From Bacteroidaceae bacterium (GTDB lineage Bacteria > Bacillota > Clostridia > Oscillospirales > Oscillospiraceae): 46,017 bases of DNA. The stretch lies in contig CAVBAZ010000171.1 of NCBI GenBank assembly GCA_963593515.1, positions 1 to 46,017 of the forward strand, read 5' to 3'. Below the pieces are notes generated by a model, which worked only from the letters and a program-made list of their open reading frames with translations, was not told the origin of the DNA and did not search any database. Positions 9,368 to 18,194 of the stretch are shown piece by piece (position 1 is the first letter of the stretch; every line of letters starts with the position of its first letter). The position numbers and the translations under genes are program-made.

Positions 9368-9781
9368 CTATCCAGCCAGGCAAAAAAAGCCACGATCCGC
9401 TTCGTCAACACAACGGTTGAGAATCTCAAAGAACCGTGCGGGTGAAAGTTCCGTATCCAGCCAGTGTGTGGCACGATAGGAATAGCATCCGACCGCCTCG
9501 TTAATGGCGTGGCTGCCCAGCACGCTGTGCAGATTCAGCTCGTTGGCAAGCTGCCACTTGCGGATGCCGTCCGGGTTTCGGATTGCTTTGGCCAAACATA
9601 CGACCAGCAGCGGATGCAGAGGAGAGAACGAGACCTGCATATAGTAGCCGCGGTAGTCCAGCGTAAGCGAAGTCTCATCCTCCGCCTCGACATGCATGTT
9701 GGACAGAATCATGCTGCGGGCTTTTTTTGCCAAGTTCGTCCTCCTGACCTGCTCCTCGCGGGTCAGATTGTAATCAAGCAT
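9368..9781 (-). CDS. Hypothetical ICE protein
   Basis: AAGGAGGTGA RBS, co-oriented 137-aa ORF. Confidence 0.7.
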   Translation of the reverse strand: MLDYNLTREEQVRRTNLAKKARSMILSNMHVEAEDETSLTLDYRGYYMQVSFSPLHPLLVVCLAKAIRNPDGIRKWQLANELNLHSVLGSHAINEAVGCYSYRATHWLDTELSPARFFEILNRCVDEADRGFFCLAG

Positions 9782-9818
9782 AATCGTTCACCTCCTTGCA
9801 GATTACGATCTGTTCCGA

Positions 9819-11225
9819 TTATCTCGGGATAGCAATATGCGTGATTGCACCCCAAATTCGGTTGGACTCGTTGTTGATGCCCAGAATCCGTACCGTCACA
9901 CGGGCGCCCCTAGGCGGGCGACCTCGCTTGGGATAGCTGCACAGACAGTCGATGCCGCCGTCCAGAGAGACGAACACACCGTTCATATCCACCATACTGA
10001 CTGTGCCTACATAGCGGTTGCCCACAGAGTAACGCCGCAGTGCCTTCTCATAGGGGTTCTCTCCGGCCTGCTTAATGGAAGCACTGACACGAATGTGATT
10101 TCGGTCGCTGCGGTCAATGCTCAGGATCTTGACCAGGATACGCTGCCCGGGCTGGAAGCTGTCCTGAGCATCGATCATGCGCTGGTAGCTCAGCTCCCGA
10201 AGAGGGATGTAGACCTCCAGGCCGAACAGATCCACAAAGATGCCGGCCCGGATCACGGAGACAACACGTGCCTCCGCACAGATGCCTTCGTAAAGCAGGT
10301 TATTTCCATCCCGGTCTGTGCCAAAATAGTATTCCCGACGCTTGGCGGACATGGCCTCCAGTCGGCTGCCGACGGCAACGCCCGCTTTTGCATCAATGCC
10401 CTTAACGATGTAATCCACCTCTGCACCCAGGCGCTTGGTGATCATGTAGTGCAGCACATCCTCCGGCAGTCTGCCCCGGAAATCCTCCGGCGGTTCCACC
10501 GCCTCCTCCGCCGGAATGATGACCTTGATATCGCCATGATAAATGACTGCAAGAGAACGTGCAGGGTGATCTGTGGGACGTTCGATGCCCTGAATGGTGC
10601 CGGTCAGAACACGCTTGGTCTTTAAGGATTCCACAAGGTCAAGCAGGTCGTTGCGGGCCTTGTCAGCCTCCGTTTCCACACTGGGGCGCTCGTCGATGGA
10701 TACCACAGGCAAAACCGGTCTGGCAGAAGCGCGTCTGCGGGGCTTCTTCTCCGGAGCATCGACGCCATTGGATGCATCCTCGGGTCGTTTTTCCGCCGCT
10801 GTGTCAGACTCACTTTTCTTTGCTCTGGGTTTTCTGGTTCGGCGGGCCGGCGGGCTCTCTTCAGGCGTTTTCTCGCCCATATTGGGAACAGTCTGGGAAG
10901 CCGGAGCTTCCGGTGCAGTTATAACATCGGATCCGGCCGGGATTTCTCCAGGATTTTCGGAATCCAACTCAGTCTGGGGTAACAGCTCTTCCGGTATGCT
11001 GCGTGCGGTGTCTTCGATCGGAATTCCTTCGTAATCCACAGACTCAGAATCAGTCTGGTGGATATCGGCGGGAGCAGAGTCTGCAGGTGCCCCTTCGATG
11101 CTGAGCTCCTCATCTTTTTCAGATTCGGTTTCAGTCTGGTGTAACGAGCGTTCGCTGGTGTTTTCTTCCGTCGCGGCCGTAAGAATTGCCTCTTCCGGGA
11201 TCGCTGCTGTTTTTTTCGTTGCCAT
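9819..11225 (-). CDS. S1 RNA-binding-domain protein with long disordered N-terminus
   Basis: S1 repeats (ARVVSVIRAGIFVDLFG...IPLRELS; GTVSMVDMNGVFVSL); GGAGGA RBS. Confidence 0.85.
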   Translation of the reverse strand: MATKKTAAIPEEAILTAATEENTSERSLHQTETESEKDEELSIEGAPADSAPADIHQTDSESVDYEGIPIEDTARSIPEELLPQTELDSENPGEIPAGSDVITAPEAPASQTVPNMGEKTPEESPPARRTRKPRAKKSESDTAAEKRPEDASNGVDAPEKKPRRRASARPVLPVVSIDERPSVETEADKARNDLLDLVESLKTKRVLTGTIQGIERPTDHPARSLAVIYHGDIKVIIPAEEAVEPPEDFRGRLPEDVLHYMITKRLGAEVDYIVKGIDAKAGVAVGSRLEAMSAKRREYYFGTDRDGNNLLYEGICAEARVVSVIRAGIFVDLFGLEVYIPLRELSYQRMIDAQDSFQPGQRILVKILSIDRSDRNHIRVSASIKQAGENPYEKALRRYSVGNRYVGTVSMVDMNGVFVSLDGGIDCLCSYPKRGRPPRGARVTVRILGINNESNRIWGAITHIAIPR

Positions 11226-11257
11226 TGTTCAGTCCTCCGTTTCTTTTATTTGAATAT

Positions 11258-11286
11258 AAAAAGAGCGTCCCATCTCTGAGACGCCC
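11258..11286 (-). terminator. Intrinsic terminator upstream of the S1-protein RBS
   Basis: Minus strand GGGCGTCTCA-GAGA-TGGGACGCTC-TTTTT. Confidence 0.7.
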
Positions 11287-11304
11287 ATTTTCTGGTGATG
11301 TATT

Positions 11305-11535
11305 TTATTTGTTCAGGTTATATGCTGTAAAAATCCTTTTTAAAAATTCCTCCTTCGACAATCCCCGTATTCCGAGTGCCTTGAGATCAATCGGTTCTTT
11401 ACTCATAGCAGCAAGAAAGTCTTGCATCTCTTTGCGGATCGCTTGCGGCAAAGCAAGCGTGTCATTTTCTGTCAACAGCATACTGAGCCGAATCACATCA
11501 TTTTTGTGTTTCCGAATGTTTTTGCTGTCAACCTT
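11305..11535 (-). pseudogene. 3' remnant of a putative nucleotidyltransferase (AbiEii-like toxin) gene
   Basis: Frame open upstream of the called start as KVDSKNIRKHKNDVIRLSMLL, which I recall as the C-terminus of NTases that follow this regulator family; no RBS or start of its own. Confidence 0.6.
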
Positions 11536-12464
11536 TCCAGTATTTCTTCAATACACTGTTCTACTCGCTCGTCCGTGTCGTCGGCTAAGCTTGCCGCCAA
11601 CGACAACGCATCGATTTTGTCTGTCTGACTGATACGGCGCGGATCATAGCGCCAGAGCTGCAGGGCGCATTGCTTTTCAGAATCGATCAATTTCTGTGCC
11701 GATCCCTTAATTTTGCCGCCAACCGTACCCCATGTTTCGACCGTCGGCGGATTGAGCATGCTCATTTCCGAAAGCGCACTCAGCCCTGCGGGAAACATAT
11801 CCCGGGTCACAGCGCTCTTTTCGATGAATACGGTTGTCCGGACAGGCTGGATGAGGTAAGGGAGGGCTTTTTGATACAGTTCCTTTGTGTCGAGTTTGGT
11901 ATGGAGCATTTTCTGTGCGCCAACGGAGTTAGACTTATATAGGAGTCCGAGCTCTACCAATTGATTTGCCGCTCGCGTGATTGTCATTGCGGAAAAGGCG
12001 AATCGCTCCGCAAAAGGTGTCATCGGCATAGGTTTGTTACCGTTCAGGATGTAGGCAAACAACATCATCTGTGCAGATGGCTGCAGCTTCTCTGCGGTCG
12101 GCATGAGTCCCTCATTGTCGCAGCGCTCCGTAAGAGAAATTCCGATAAAGGGAAGATACACCTGTTTTTCCGGCACAACAAACGCTATCTTTGCATCAAT
12201 GAACGATTTGCGGCGCTGCCGGGATATGGCCGTCAACTCAAAAACAATCTGTCTCCCGCTTACTGCAAACATCCTCGCCACATGCTTTTTAAGGGTATTG
12301 ATCGTATCGAGTTCCTCCACAGGATGCACAATAAGACACGCTACTCCGCCAATGTCCGCTTGTTCAAACGTATATTTTTCATTCAAAAAAAACGGCAGAG
12401 ATGCCTGTTGCTTCCACTCTGTCCGTACCACCGGCACGCCCAGTATTTTTGTGATATAGTCCAT
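11493..12464 (-). CDS. MarR-like wHTH / AbiEi-like antitoxin-type regulator, last residues frameshifted
   Basis: Central wHTH (FSAMTITRAANQLVELGL), AGLSALSEMSMLNPP, LQLWRYDP, DALSLAASL...DERVE; own consensus promoter. Confidence 0.75.
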   Translation of the reverse strand: MDYITKILGVPVVRTEWKQQASLPFFLNEKYTFEQADIGGVACLIVHPVEELDTINTLKKHVARMFAVSGRQIVFELTAISRQRRKSFIDAKIAFVVPEKQVYLPFIGISLTERCDNEGLMPTAEKLQPSAQMMLFAYILNGNKPMPMTPFAERFAFSAMTITRAANQLVELGLLYKSNSVGAQKMLHTKLDTKELYQKALPYLIQPVRTTVFIEKSAVTRDMFPAGLSALSEMSMLNPPTVETWGTVGGKIKGSAQKLIDSEKQCALQLWRYDPRRISQTDKIDALSLAASLADDTDERVEQCIEEILERLTAKTFGNTKMM

Positions 12465-12477
12465 TTGCTCACCACCG

Positions 12478-12537
12478 ATTTAACTTTCTTTTGGCATTAT
12501 AACATCGCTAAAGTTAAATGTCAATTTTTTAGTTAAA
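12478..12537 (-). promoter_or_regulatory. Consensus sigma-A promoter with flanking inverted-repeat operator
   Basis: TTGACA (12524-12519), 17 bp, TG-n-TATAAT (12501-12496); perfect IR ATTTAACTTT (12478-12487) / AAAGTTAAAT (12510-12519). Confidence 0.85.
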
Positions 12538-12546
12538 ATATTGAGT

Positions 12547-14427
12547 TCAAAACTCGCTCGGCGGTTTTGCGGAGCTATACAGAGTTCTGCGTTTGGGGCT
12601 TTTTGGTGATGCATTCGGGCGCGTCTCCTGTACAGCAACGGGCTTTATCATCTCGGTCTGAGCGAATGGGGCGTCCATGCGCTGAGGCTTGTAGTCGAAA
12701 ATGCTGACGGGGGACAATTCTCTGGACATTGGATGATCTGTATAATCAAACTTTTTCAGTTTCAGGACATTGTGTCCGCGAATGACCACCAGCAATTCCT
12801 CATTCGGAATACGCAGCACCTCGTCCGGAGTCAGTAGCCGCCTGCGTCCCTGACCCTCCGTCTGACGGTACTGGGGGATGACCTGTGCTACGGCAATGGT
12901 CTTGCGTACGGTCATGGTGGAGTTGATCTCCACTGACATATCGCCGCTTCGCGCGGAGAAATACTCGGCGCTGACTTCGTCGGTACAGCCAAGCATGAGC
13001 TGTACATCCAGGTTGCCGATTATTTCTGCCCAGAGGTTGTTGGGATACCGGTTCTGGAGCTGACCGAGACTCTGCACGGCCAGCATTACATAAATTGCGC
13101 GGCTGCGGATGACGCTGAGAGTGCGGGCAAAATCCGAACCGTCTGCTGCGCCGCCGAGCTTGCCTACATTATTGAACTCATCGAAGATGAGGTTGACAGG
13201 GACTTTGCAGCGCAGCTCCGGTGTGCTGTCGGCATAGCGCACCAGCTTGATGAACAGGAATGAGAAGAACAGGGAGGATAGAAATGCCATCGTTGCGTCC
13301 TGGTCGCTGAGTATGACGAAATAGGCACATTTGCGCTTGCCCGGCGCCGTCAGATCGATATCGCTGCGGCTGATGATGTTCCGTACCGACTCATTCTGCA
13401 AAACCTGCAGCCGGGTGCCAAGCCCCAAAACAATGCCGGAACGCACCGTGTCGCTGGCCTGCGAGAACAGATTGAACGGCGCACGGGCGGGGTGATCCAG
13501 CGGCAGCTTCTCAAAAAGTGCCGTAAGCTGCCGTTCGCTGTTTTGGGTCAGAAGCTGATAGGCGGCTGCCAGATTCTTCGTCTCCGGGCTGCGGCTTCTG
13601 TCCAGATCGATATAGAGCACCAGCGCTTTCAGCAGGTTGGCTTCGCCGTTGTCCCAGAAATGGTCGCCCTTGCCCTCACTGGTGTTGGAGATGATGACAT
13701 TGGTCAGCACCTGCGCCAGCAGGGTGTCACCGTTCAGATCGGACATGCAATTCCATGAGTCGCCGTGCCGGGGGTCTACCAGGTTGAATACCTTTACCTC
13801 ATACCCATTCCTGCGGAATAGCTCTGCGGTATCGTTGTAGAGCTCCGCCTTTGGATCCGTAATGACCGCCGACTCTCCGCGTTTGAGTATGGTGAACAGT
13901 GCCGGTCGGATCACGCCGCGGGATTTTCTGGTGCCGGATGCACCGAATACCGCGATGTGCCGGTTCAGTCTGGTGTCTTTGGGCAAGCAGACGACGCTGC
14001 TGTTCTTTTCGCCCAGAATGATTCCGTCTGCCTGTGATGGCAGTTTAATCTCAAGGATCTCTTTCAATTCCTTGTCGTTCATCCATGATGCGGTGCCGTA
14101 AGTTCCGTATTTGCTGCGGGTGAAGCCGCGTTCGTCGTAGTCCTTGGAACTGAATTTGTCGTGGAGGCGCACATAGGCCGTGATACCGGCTCCGACCAGC
14201 AGCAGTAGTCCGATGCCTTTGAGCCTCGGGATGCTGAAGGCACTGCTCATGCACACAATCGGATTCCAGTCTACGGCTCCGATGGCCGCCTGCCCGGTAA
14301 GCCCGCCTGAGCTCAGCCAAAGCTCGTAGTTTTTCAACAATTGGCCAAGCATTCCTCCCAAGTAAAACAGGGCGGCCAGACCCAGTATGGAAGCGGCAAT
14401 AATGGCCGCCGTTCGTTTTTTATCCAG
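12547..14427 (-). CDS. virD4: VirD4/TraG-like type IV coupling protein
   Basis: YGTASWM, Walker A GASGTRKS, TDPKAEL, FWD, Walker B LIFDEF, AVQSLGQL, LLTPDEV. GGAGG RBS points to CTG start at 14427, restoring the first TM helix. Confidence 0.93.
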   Translation of the reverse strand: MDKKRTAAIIAASILGLAALFYLGGMLGQLLKNYELWLSSGGLTGQAAIGAVDWNPIVCMSSAFSIPRLKGIGLLLLVGAGITAYVRLHDKFSSKDYDERGFTRSKYGTYGTASWMNDKELKEILEIKLPSQADGIILGEKNSSVVCLPKDTRLNRHIAVFGASGTRKSRGVIRPALFTILKRGESAVITDPKAELYNDTAELFRRNGYEVKVFNLVDPRHGDSWNCMSDLNGDTLLAQVLTNVIISNTSEGKGDHFWDNGEANLLKALVLYIDLDRSRSPETKNLAAAYQLLTQNSERQLTALFEKLPLDHPARAPFNLFSQASDTVRSGIVLGLGTRLQVLQNESVRNIISRSDIDLTAPGKRKCAYFVILSDQDATMAFLSSLFFSFLFIKLVRYADSTPELRCKVPVNLIFDEFNNVGKLGGAADGSDFARTLSVIRSRAIYVMLAVQSLGQLQNRYPNNLWAEIIGNLDVQLMLGCTDEVSAEYFSARSGDMSVEINSTMTVRKTIAVAQVIPQYRQTEGQGRRRLLTPDEVLRIPNEELLVVIRGHNVLKLKKFDYTDHPMSRELSPVSIFDYKPQRMDAPFAQTEMIKPVAVQETRPNASPKSPKRRTLYSSAKPPSEF

Positions 14428-14441
14428 AATGCATTCCTCCT

Positions 14442-15197
14442 TTATATTCCCAGTTCTGCTTCTACAGCGGCAGTTTCAATGGTTTTGAGTGTAATATGCG
14501 GGCCAAGATACTCTCTTAGAAAAGTTGCCTGATCTTCAAAACAGAGCACTTCGAAATGCTTCGCGCTCATCTGTAGTGCCTCACGAAAGCGGATCAGCCG
14601 TGCGATGTCTCCGTCCAGATGTGAGAAAATACAGGTGTCTCCAATGCTGGCATCATACTCCATGAATCCCCGGTTATAGGATCGGATATCCGGATCAAAC
14701 AGCAGGTCAAGAAGCTTTTCGTTCCAGTCTGGGACGGTGAGCAATCTGAGCTGCCGGATGCCGTTTGCATTCATGGGCACGAAGTGGATATGCCGATAGA
14801 TACCATCGAACCGAAGCTCCAGACGCCGGTTTTTCTCCGACTCCAGCAGCGTGGTCAGCGCCGTGTCATAGGATTCGCCCAGCAGAATAGCGGAGTCGAT
14901 GCTCTGGAGGCCGGCATTCATGCGGGCAAGCTCCATCAGACTGTGGAGCGCTTTGAATTCTCCCATGCCGTTCCACTTCATCGCGGCATTCCGCGTGTTG
15001 TAAACGGCGTAACAGCCGCCGGGGTAAAACATGGCGCCAACGATACGCGTGAACATGGTTTTATCCACAACGACCCGGTCCACGCGGGAGGAGAACGGCT
15101 CATCTGTGCAGGAGCGACGGTTGTAGAACATATAGAGGATCTCAGCCGTCGCTTCATCCGGATCCTTGGGTTGGATGATACTGTTGCCGCACTGCAT
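14442..15197 (-). pseudogene. Chimeric ORF: short VirB4-like N-terminal fragment joined to the 3' part of an ICE hypothetical gene
   Basis: MQCGNSIIQPKDPDEATAEILYMFYNRRS...SRVDRVVVD then KTMFTRIVGAMFYPGGCYAVYNTR...; no RBS. The split is from my recall of clostridial ICE proteins and is unverified. Confidence 0.5.
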
Positions 15198-15618
15198 CCG
15201 CAAGCCGCTGTGTAATGCTGCGGGGAAGGCAAAGAAATCCGTAGCCATCGGTTGCATAGACCGCTCCGCTCATGCATTCAGCTCCGGAGCACTTTACGAC
15301 CCAATCAGTGATGGCATATTCCAGCTTCTTTGTTTTCTCGTCCAGCGTATAACGGATATATCCGAAGCGCTGGAGCGTATTCATGATTTCCAGAGCCTCT
15401 GTGCGGCTTTTAACGCCCAGAATACTCTTTAATCCAACCACGCCGCCGGACCACATTCCGGGCGCTACATCGTTTGTATAGCCACAGTAGTGGGTCTGCC
15501 CCTTGCGAAACGCTGCCCGTGAAGCCAGCTTCGCCCAAAAACCCATGATTCCTTTACCGACCGGCAAATGGATTCTGGATAGCTTGACCCAGTGGTATTT
15601 GAGCAGGCATTTCGGCAT
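15154..15618 (-). pseudogene. Conserved ICE hypothetical protein, apparently 3'-truncated
   Basis: GAAAGGAGG RBS, MPKCLLKYHWVKL...; runs into the frame of the next ORF after ITQRLAD. Confidence 0.55.
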
Positions 15619-15648
15619 GGCGGATTCCTCCTTTCTGCGGTTGGGCAT

Positions 15649-15684
15649 AAAAATAGGGCAGTCCCTGTGTCTTAGAGACTGCCC
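15649..15684 (-). terminator. Intrinsic terminator after DUF5348 gene
   Basis: Minus strand GGGCAGTCTCT-loop-AGGGACTGCCC-TATTTTT. Confidence 0.7.
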
Positions 15685-15701
15685 GGCAGTATGTGGTTAT
15701 T

Positions 15702-15914
15702 TTATATTCTTACGTGAAGTCGGGATAATGATTCGTGCGGTATCCCTACAAGATACCAGTCATCTGCGTATTCGATACGAGTAGGCATCCACTCGTTGTC
15801 TATCAAAGCCTCCATCACAGTGCCGCAGTACAGGCCACCATAACGGCTTCCCTCCGCATACAGAACATCCAACCGATCCGTTGAGGGATCATATATAAGC
15901 ACTCCTTCTTTCAT
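15702..15914 (-). CDS. DUF5348-like small protein (first gene of the ICE operon)
   Basis: G.LIYD...DR.D...YGGL.CG...W.PTRIEY.DDWYLVG pattern; AGGAGGT RBS. Confidence 0.8.
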   Translation of the reverse strand: MKEGVLIYDPSTDRLDVLYAEGSRYGGLYCGTVMEALIDNEWMPTRIEYADDWYLVGIPHESLSRLHVRI

Positions 15915-16069
15915 GCTGGCGTACCTCCTGACAAAGAATTTAGATTCATTTTCTCGTAGTCACATTTTATCAAATAAGTGCAAACCATATCAGAAGCCGA
16001 GCAGAGTAATTTTGCTTGGGAATCACCCGGAAAAATCTCGGCAAATTCACTTCGAAAGGCCTCTTCGGT

Positions 16070-16143
16070 TCACCCATTTACTCACCCATTTACTCACCCA
16101 TTTGGCCCGGTTCACCCATTTTTAGCCCATATAAAATGGGTGA
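16070..16143. repeat. TCACCCATTT repeats, probable integrase arm-type sites of the att junction
   Basis: Direct copies at 16070, 16082, 16094 (12-bp period) and 16112; inverted copy at about 16133-16143. Confidence 0.75.
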
Positions 16144-16209
16144 ACCAAGGTTTCCTTCGGTCAAAATCTGTGAAAAAGCTCAAACTGTATCAAACCGAAA
16201 AGATATGAG

Positions 16210-16245
16210 AAAACCCCGGAAAACCTTGATTTTCCGGGGTTTTTG
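16210..16245. terminator. Terminator hairpin downstream of rpsI
   Basis: AAAACCCCGGAAAA-CCTTGA-TTTTCCGGGGTTTT. Confidence 0.8.
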
Positions 16246-16273
16246 AACTTTTGAGTTGTGAATTTGCGTCCGA

Positions 16274-16678
16274 TCAGCGCTTGCTGAACTGGGGAGCGCG
16301 GCGTGCGGCCTTGAGACCGTACTTCTTACGCTCCTTCATACGAGGATCGCGGGTCAGAAAGCCAGCCTTCTTCAGGACGGCGCGGTATTCGGGGTTCACC
16401 AGCAGCAGAGCGCGGCTGATGCCGTGACGCAGGGCGCCGGCCTGACCGGAAACGCCGCCGCCTTCCACGGTAGCAACGATGTCCACCTTGCCCAGGGTAT
16501 CGGTGGCGGACAGGGGCTGACGGACGACCATCTTCAGGGTCTCCAGACCGAAATACTCTTCGATGTCGCGGCCGTTGATGGTGATATTGCCGGAACCGTT
16601 CTCAAACAGATGCACGCGGGCAACGGAGGACTTGCGGCGGCCGGTGCCGTACTTGTAGGGATTCTTGGACTGATACAT
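16274..16678 (-). CDS. rpsI: 30S ribosomal protein S9
   Basis: [13 protein letters not shown]...[14 protein letters not shown]...[19 protein letters not shown]. Confidence 0.99.
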   Translation of the reverse strand: MYQSKNPYKYGTGRRKSSVARVHLFENGSGNITINGRDIEEYFGLETLKMVVRQPLSATDTLGKVDIVATVEGGGVSGQAGALRHGISRALLLVNPEYRAVLKKAGFLTRDPRMKERKKYGLKAARRAPQFSKR

Positions 16679-16697
16679 TCTTCGTTTCCTCCTTCAA

Positions 16698-17123
16698 TTA
16701 CTTGACCAGCTCGGGCTTCTGTGCCTGATGCTCGTGGGTGTCGCCGGCATAGACGTGCAGGCGCTTCAGGGAGTCCTTGGTAACGGTGTTGCGGGGCATC
16801 ATGCCGCGGACGGCCACGCGCATGGCCAGCTCGGGCTTGTCCTGCATCAGGATGCGGTACTTGGTCTCCTTCAGACCGCCGATCCAACCGGAGTGGGTGC
16901 GATAGTACTTCTGCTCCAGCTTGTTGCCGGTCAGAACCGCCTTGCCGGCGTTGATAACGATGACGTTATCGCCGCAGTCAGCGTGGGGGGTATAGGTGAC
17001 TTTGCCCTTGCCGCGCAGCAGGTCGGCCACGACGACAGCGGTCTTGCCCAGAGGCTTACCGGCGGCGTCAACGACGTACCACTTGCGCTCGATGTTGGCC
17101 TTGTTTGCCATAAAAGTGGACAT
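16698..17123 (-). CDS. rplM: 50S ribosomal protein L13
   Basis: RKWYVVDA...YTPHADCGDNVIVINA; GGAGGA RBS before ATG 17123. Confidence 0.99.
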   Translation of the reverse strand: MSTFMANKANIERKWYVVDAAGKPLGKTAVVVADLLRGKGKVTYTPHADCGDNVIVINAGKAVLTGNKLEQKYYRTHSGWIGGLKETKYRILMQDKPELAMRVAVRGMMPRNTVTKDSLKRLHVYAGDTHEHQAQKPELVK

Positions 17124-17219
17124 GGTGTTTTCCTCCAAATTTATTATAATGTATTTTGCTTTACTTTTTCGTGTTCCCTTGCTAAAATCGTAAGGAAACG
17201 CGCCAAACGCGCAAGGATA

Positions 17220-17248
17220 TTTATAGCATAACCGCGTCAGGATGTCAA
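17220..17248 (-). promoter_or_regulatory. Sigma-A promoter of rplM-rpsI
   Basis: TTGACA, 17 bp, TG-n-TATAAA. Confidence 0.8.
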
Positions 17249-17350
17249 CAGCATTTTGATTTACGATAAAAACATCTTGCGTTTTCTCTCGTTTTCTCAC
17301 GATATCTCTTGTTTTCGGAGTTTGCAATTTCACTTTTGGAGGTATACGCC

Positions 17351-18076
17351 ATGCAGCATATTCTGGGGCTTGTCCGCCGGTGCGTGGAGGACTATCATAT
17401 GATCGAGCCGGGCGACCGCATCGCCGTGGGCGTCAGCGGCGGAAAGGACAGTCTGCTGACGCTGGTATCGCTGGCCCGGCTGCAAAAATTCTATCCCATC
17501 CCCTTCACAGTAGAGGCCATCACCATGGAGATGGGCATGCCGGGCATGGACTTCTCCGGCGTGGCGGCGCTGTGCGAAAGGCTGGAGGTGCCCTACACCC
17601 GGATACAGGTGCCGGTGTACCAGATCATCTTCGAGGAGCGGAAGGAGAAGAATCCCTGTTCCCTGTGCGCCAAGCTGCGGCGGGGCAGCCTGAACACCGC
17701 CCTGACAGAGCGGGGCATTCACAAGATCGCCCTGGGCCACCACTATGACGACGCGGTGGAGACGCTGCTGATGAACCTCCTTTTCGAGGGCCGCATCGGC
17801 TGCTTCCAGCCGGTGACGTTCCTTGACCGCACCGGCGTGACCCAGATCCGCCCCCTGCTGTACTGCCACGAGGACGACATCCGCTGTGTGGCCCTGCGGG
17901 AGGGCCTGCCCATCGTCCACAATCCCTGCCCCATGGACGGCCACAGCCGCCGTCAGGAGGTGAAGGAGCTGATCGTCTCGCTGGAGGAGCGATACCCTGA
18001 CCTGAAGCAGAAGCTGTTCGGCAGTTTGCAGAGGTATCCCCTGTACGGGTGGGATCTGACGAAGGACGAGCGATGA
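17351..18076 (+). CDS. TtcA-family PP-loop ATPase (tRNA thiolation family)
   Basis: SGGKDS, PCSLCAKLRRG, GHHYDD, IRPL; GGAGGT RBS. Confidence 0.92.
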   Translation: MQHILGLVRRCVEDYHMIEPGDRIAVGVSGGKDSLLTLVSLARLQKFYPIPFTVEAITMEMGMPGMDFSGVAALCERLEVPYTRIQVPVYQIIFEERKEKNPCSLCAKLRRGSLNTALTERGIHKIALGHHYDDAVETLLMNLLFEGRIGCFQPVTFLDRTGVTQIRPLLYCHEDDIRCVALREGLPIVHNPCPMDGHSRRQEVKELIVSLEERYPDLKQKLFGSLQRYPLYGWDLTKDER

Positions 18077-18120
18077 AAAACGGCAGGGCGTGACCCTGCC
18101 GTGTGTCGATGTTCATGTTT

Positions 18121-18178
18121 GTAGGGGGCGGCGTCCCCAATACCTGATGCGTAGGGCGGCATGACCACATGCCGCCGC
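18121..18178 (+). repeat. GTAG-type REP palindromes
   Basis: GTAGGGCGGCATGACCACATGCCGCCGC at 18151-18178 and a degenerate GTAGGGGGCGGCGTCCCC at 18121. Confidence 0.75.
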
Positions 18179-18194
18179 TATGTATCAAACGATT

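Larger units (their letters stand above)
1..16290. mobile_element. Decayed integrative conjugative element (right arm), integrated at the 3' end of rpsI; left boundary not seen in window
   Basis: VirD4 coupling protein, SpaA-type adhesin, DUF5348 and ICE-type hypotheticals all on the minus strand. Visibly lower GC and less GC3-biased codons than genes right of 16,270. Arm-type repeats abut the rpsI stop. rpsI 3' ends are known ICE integration sites in Firmicutes. Inclusion of nrdDG/araC is inferred from composition and the lack of a visible second att copy. Confidence 0.8.

Noticed and set aside
9819..11225. Ribosomal protein S1 (rpsA)
   Set aside because: Long disordered N-terminus, fewer S1 repeats, ICE context
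16070..16143. Repeats as a CRISPR array
   Set aside because: 10-bp units with 2-8 bp gaps, no spacers, no cas genes
15915..16270. oriT or small ORFs in the att-proximal region
   Set aside because: No recognisable nic motif; the ORFs are translations of the repeats
17124..17220. Ribosomal leader RNA upstream of rplM
   Set aside because: Plausible location, but I cannot support a structure by eye; needs an Rfam search
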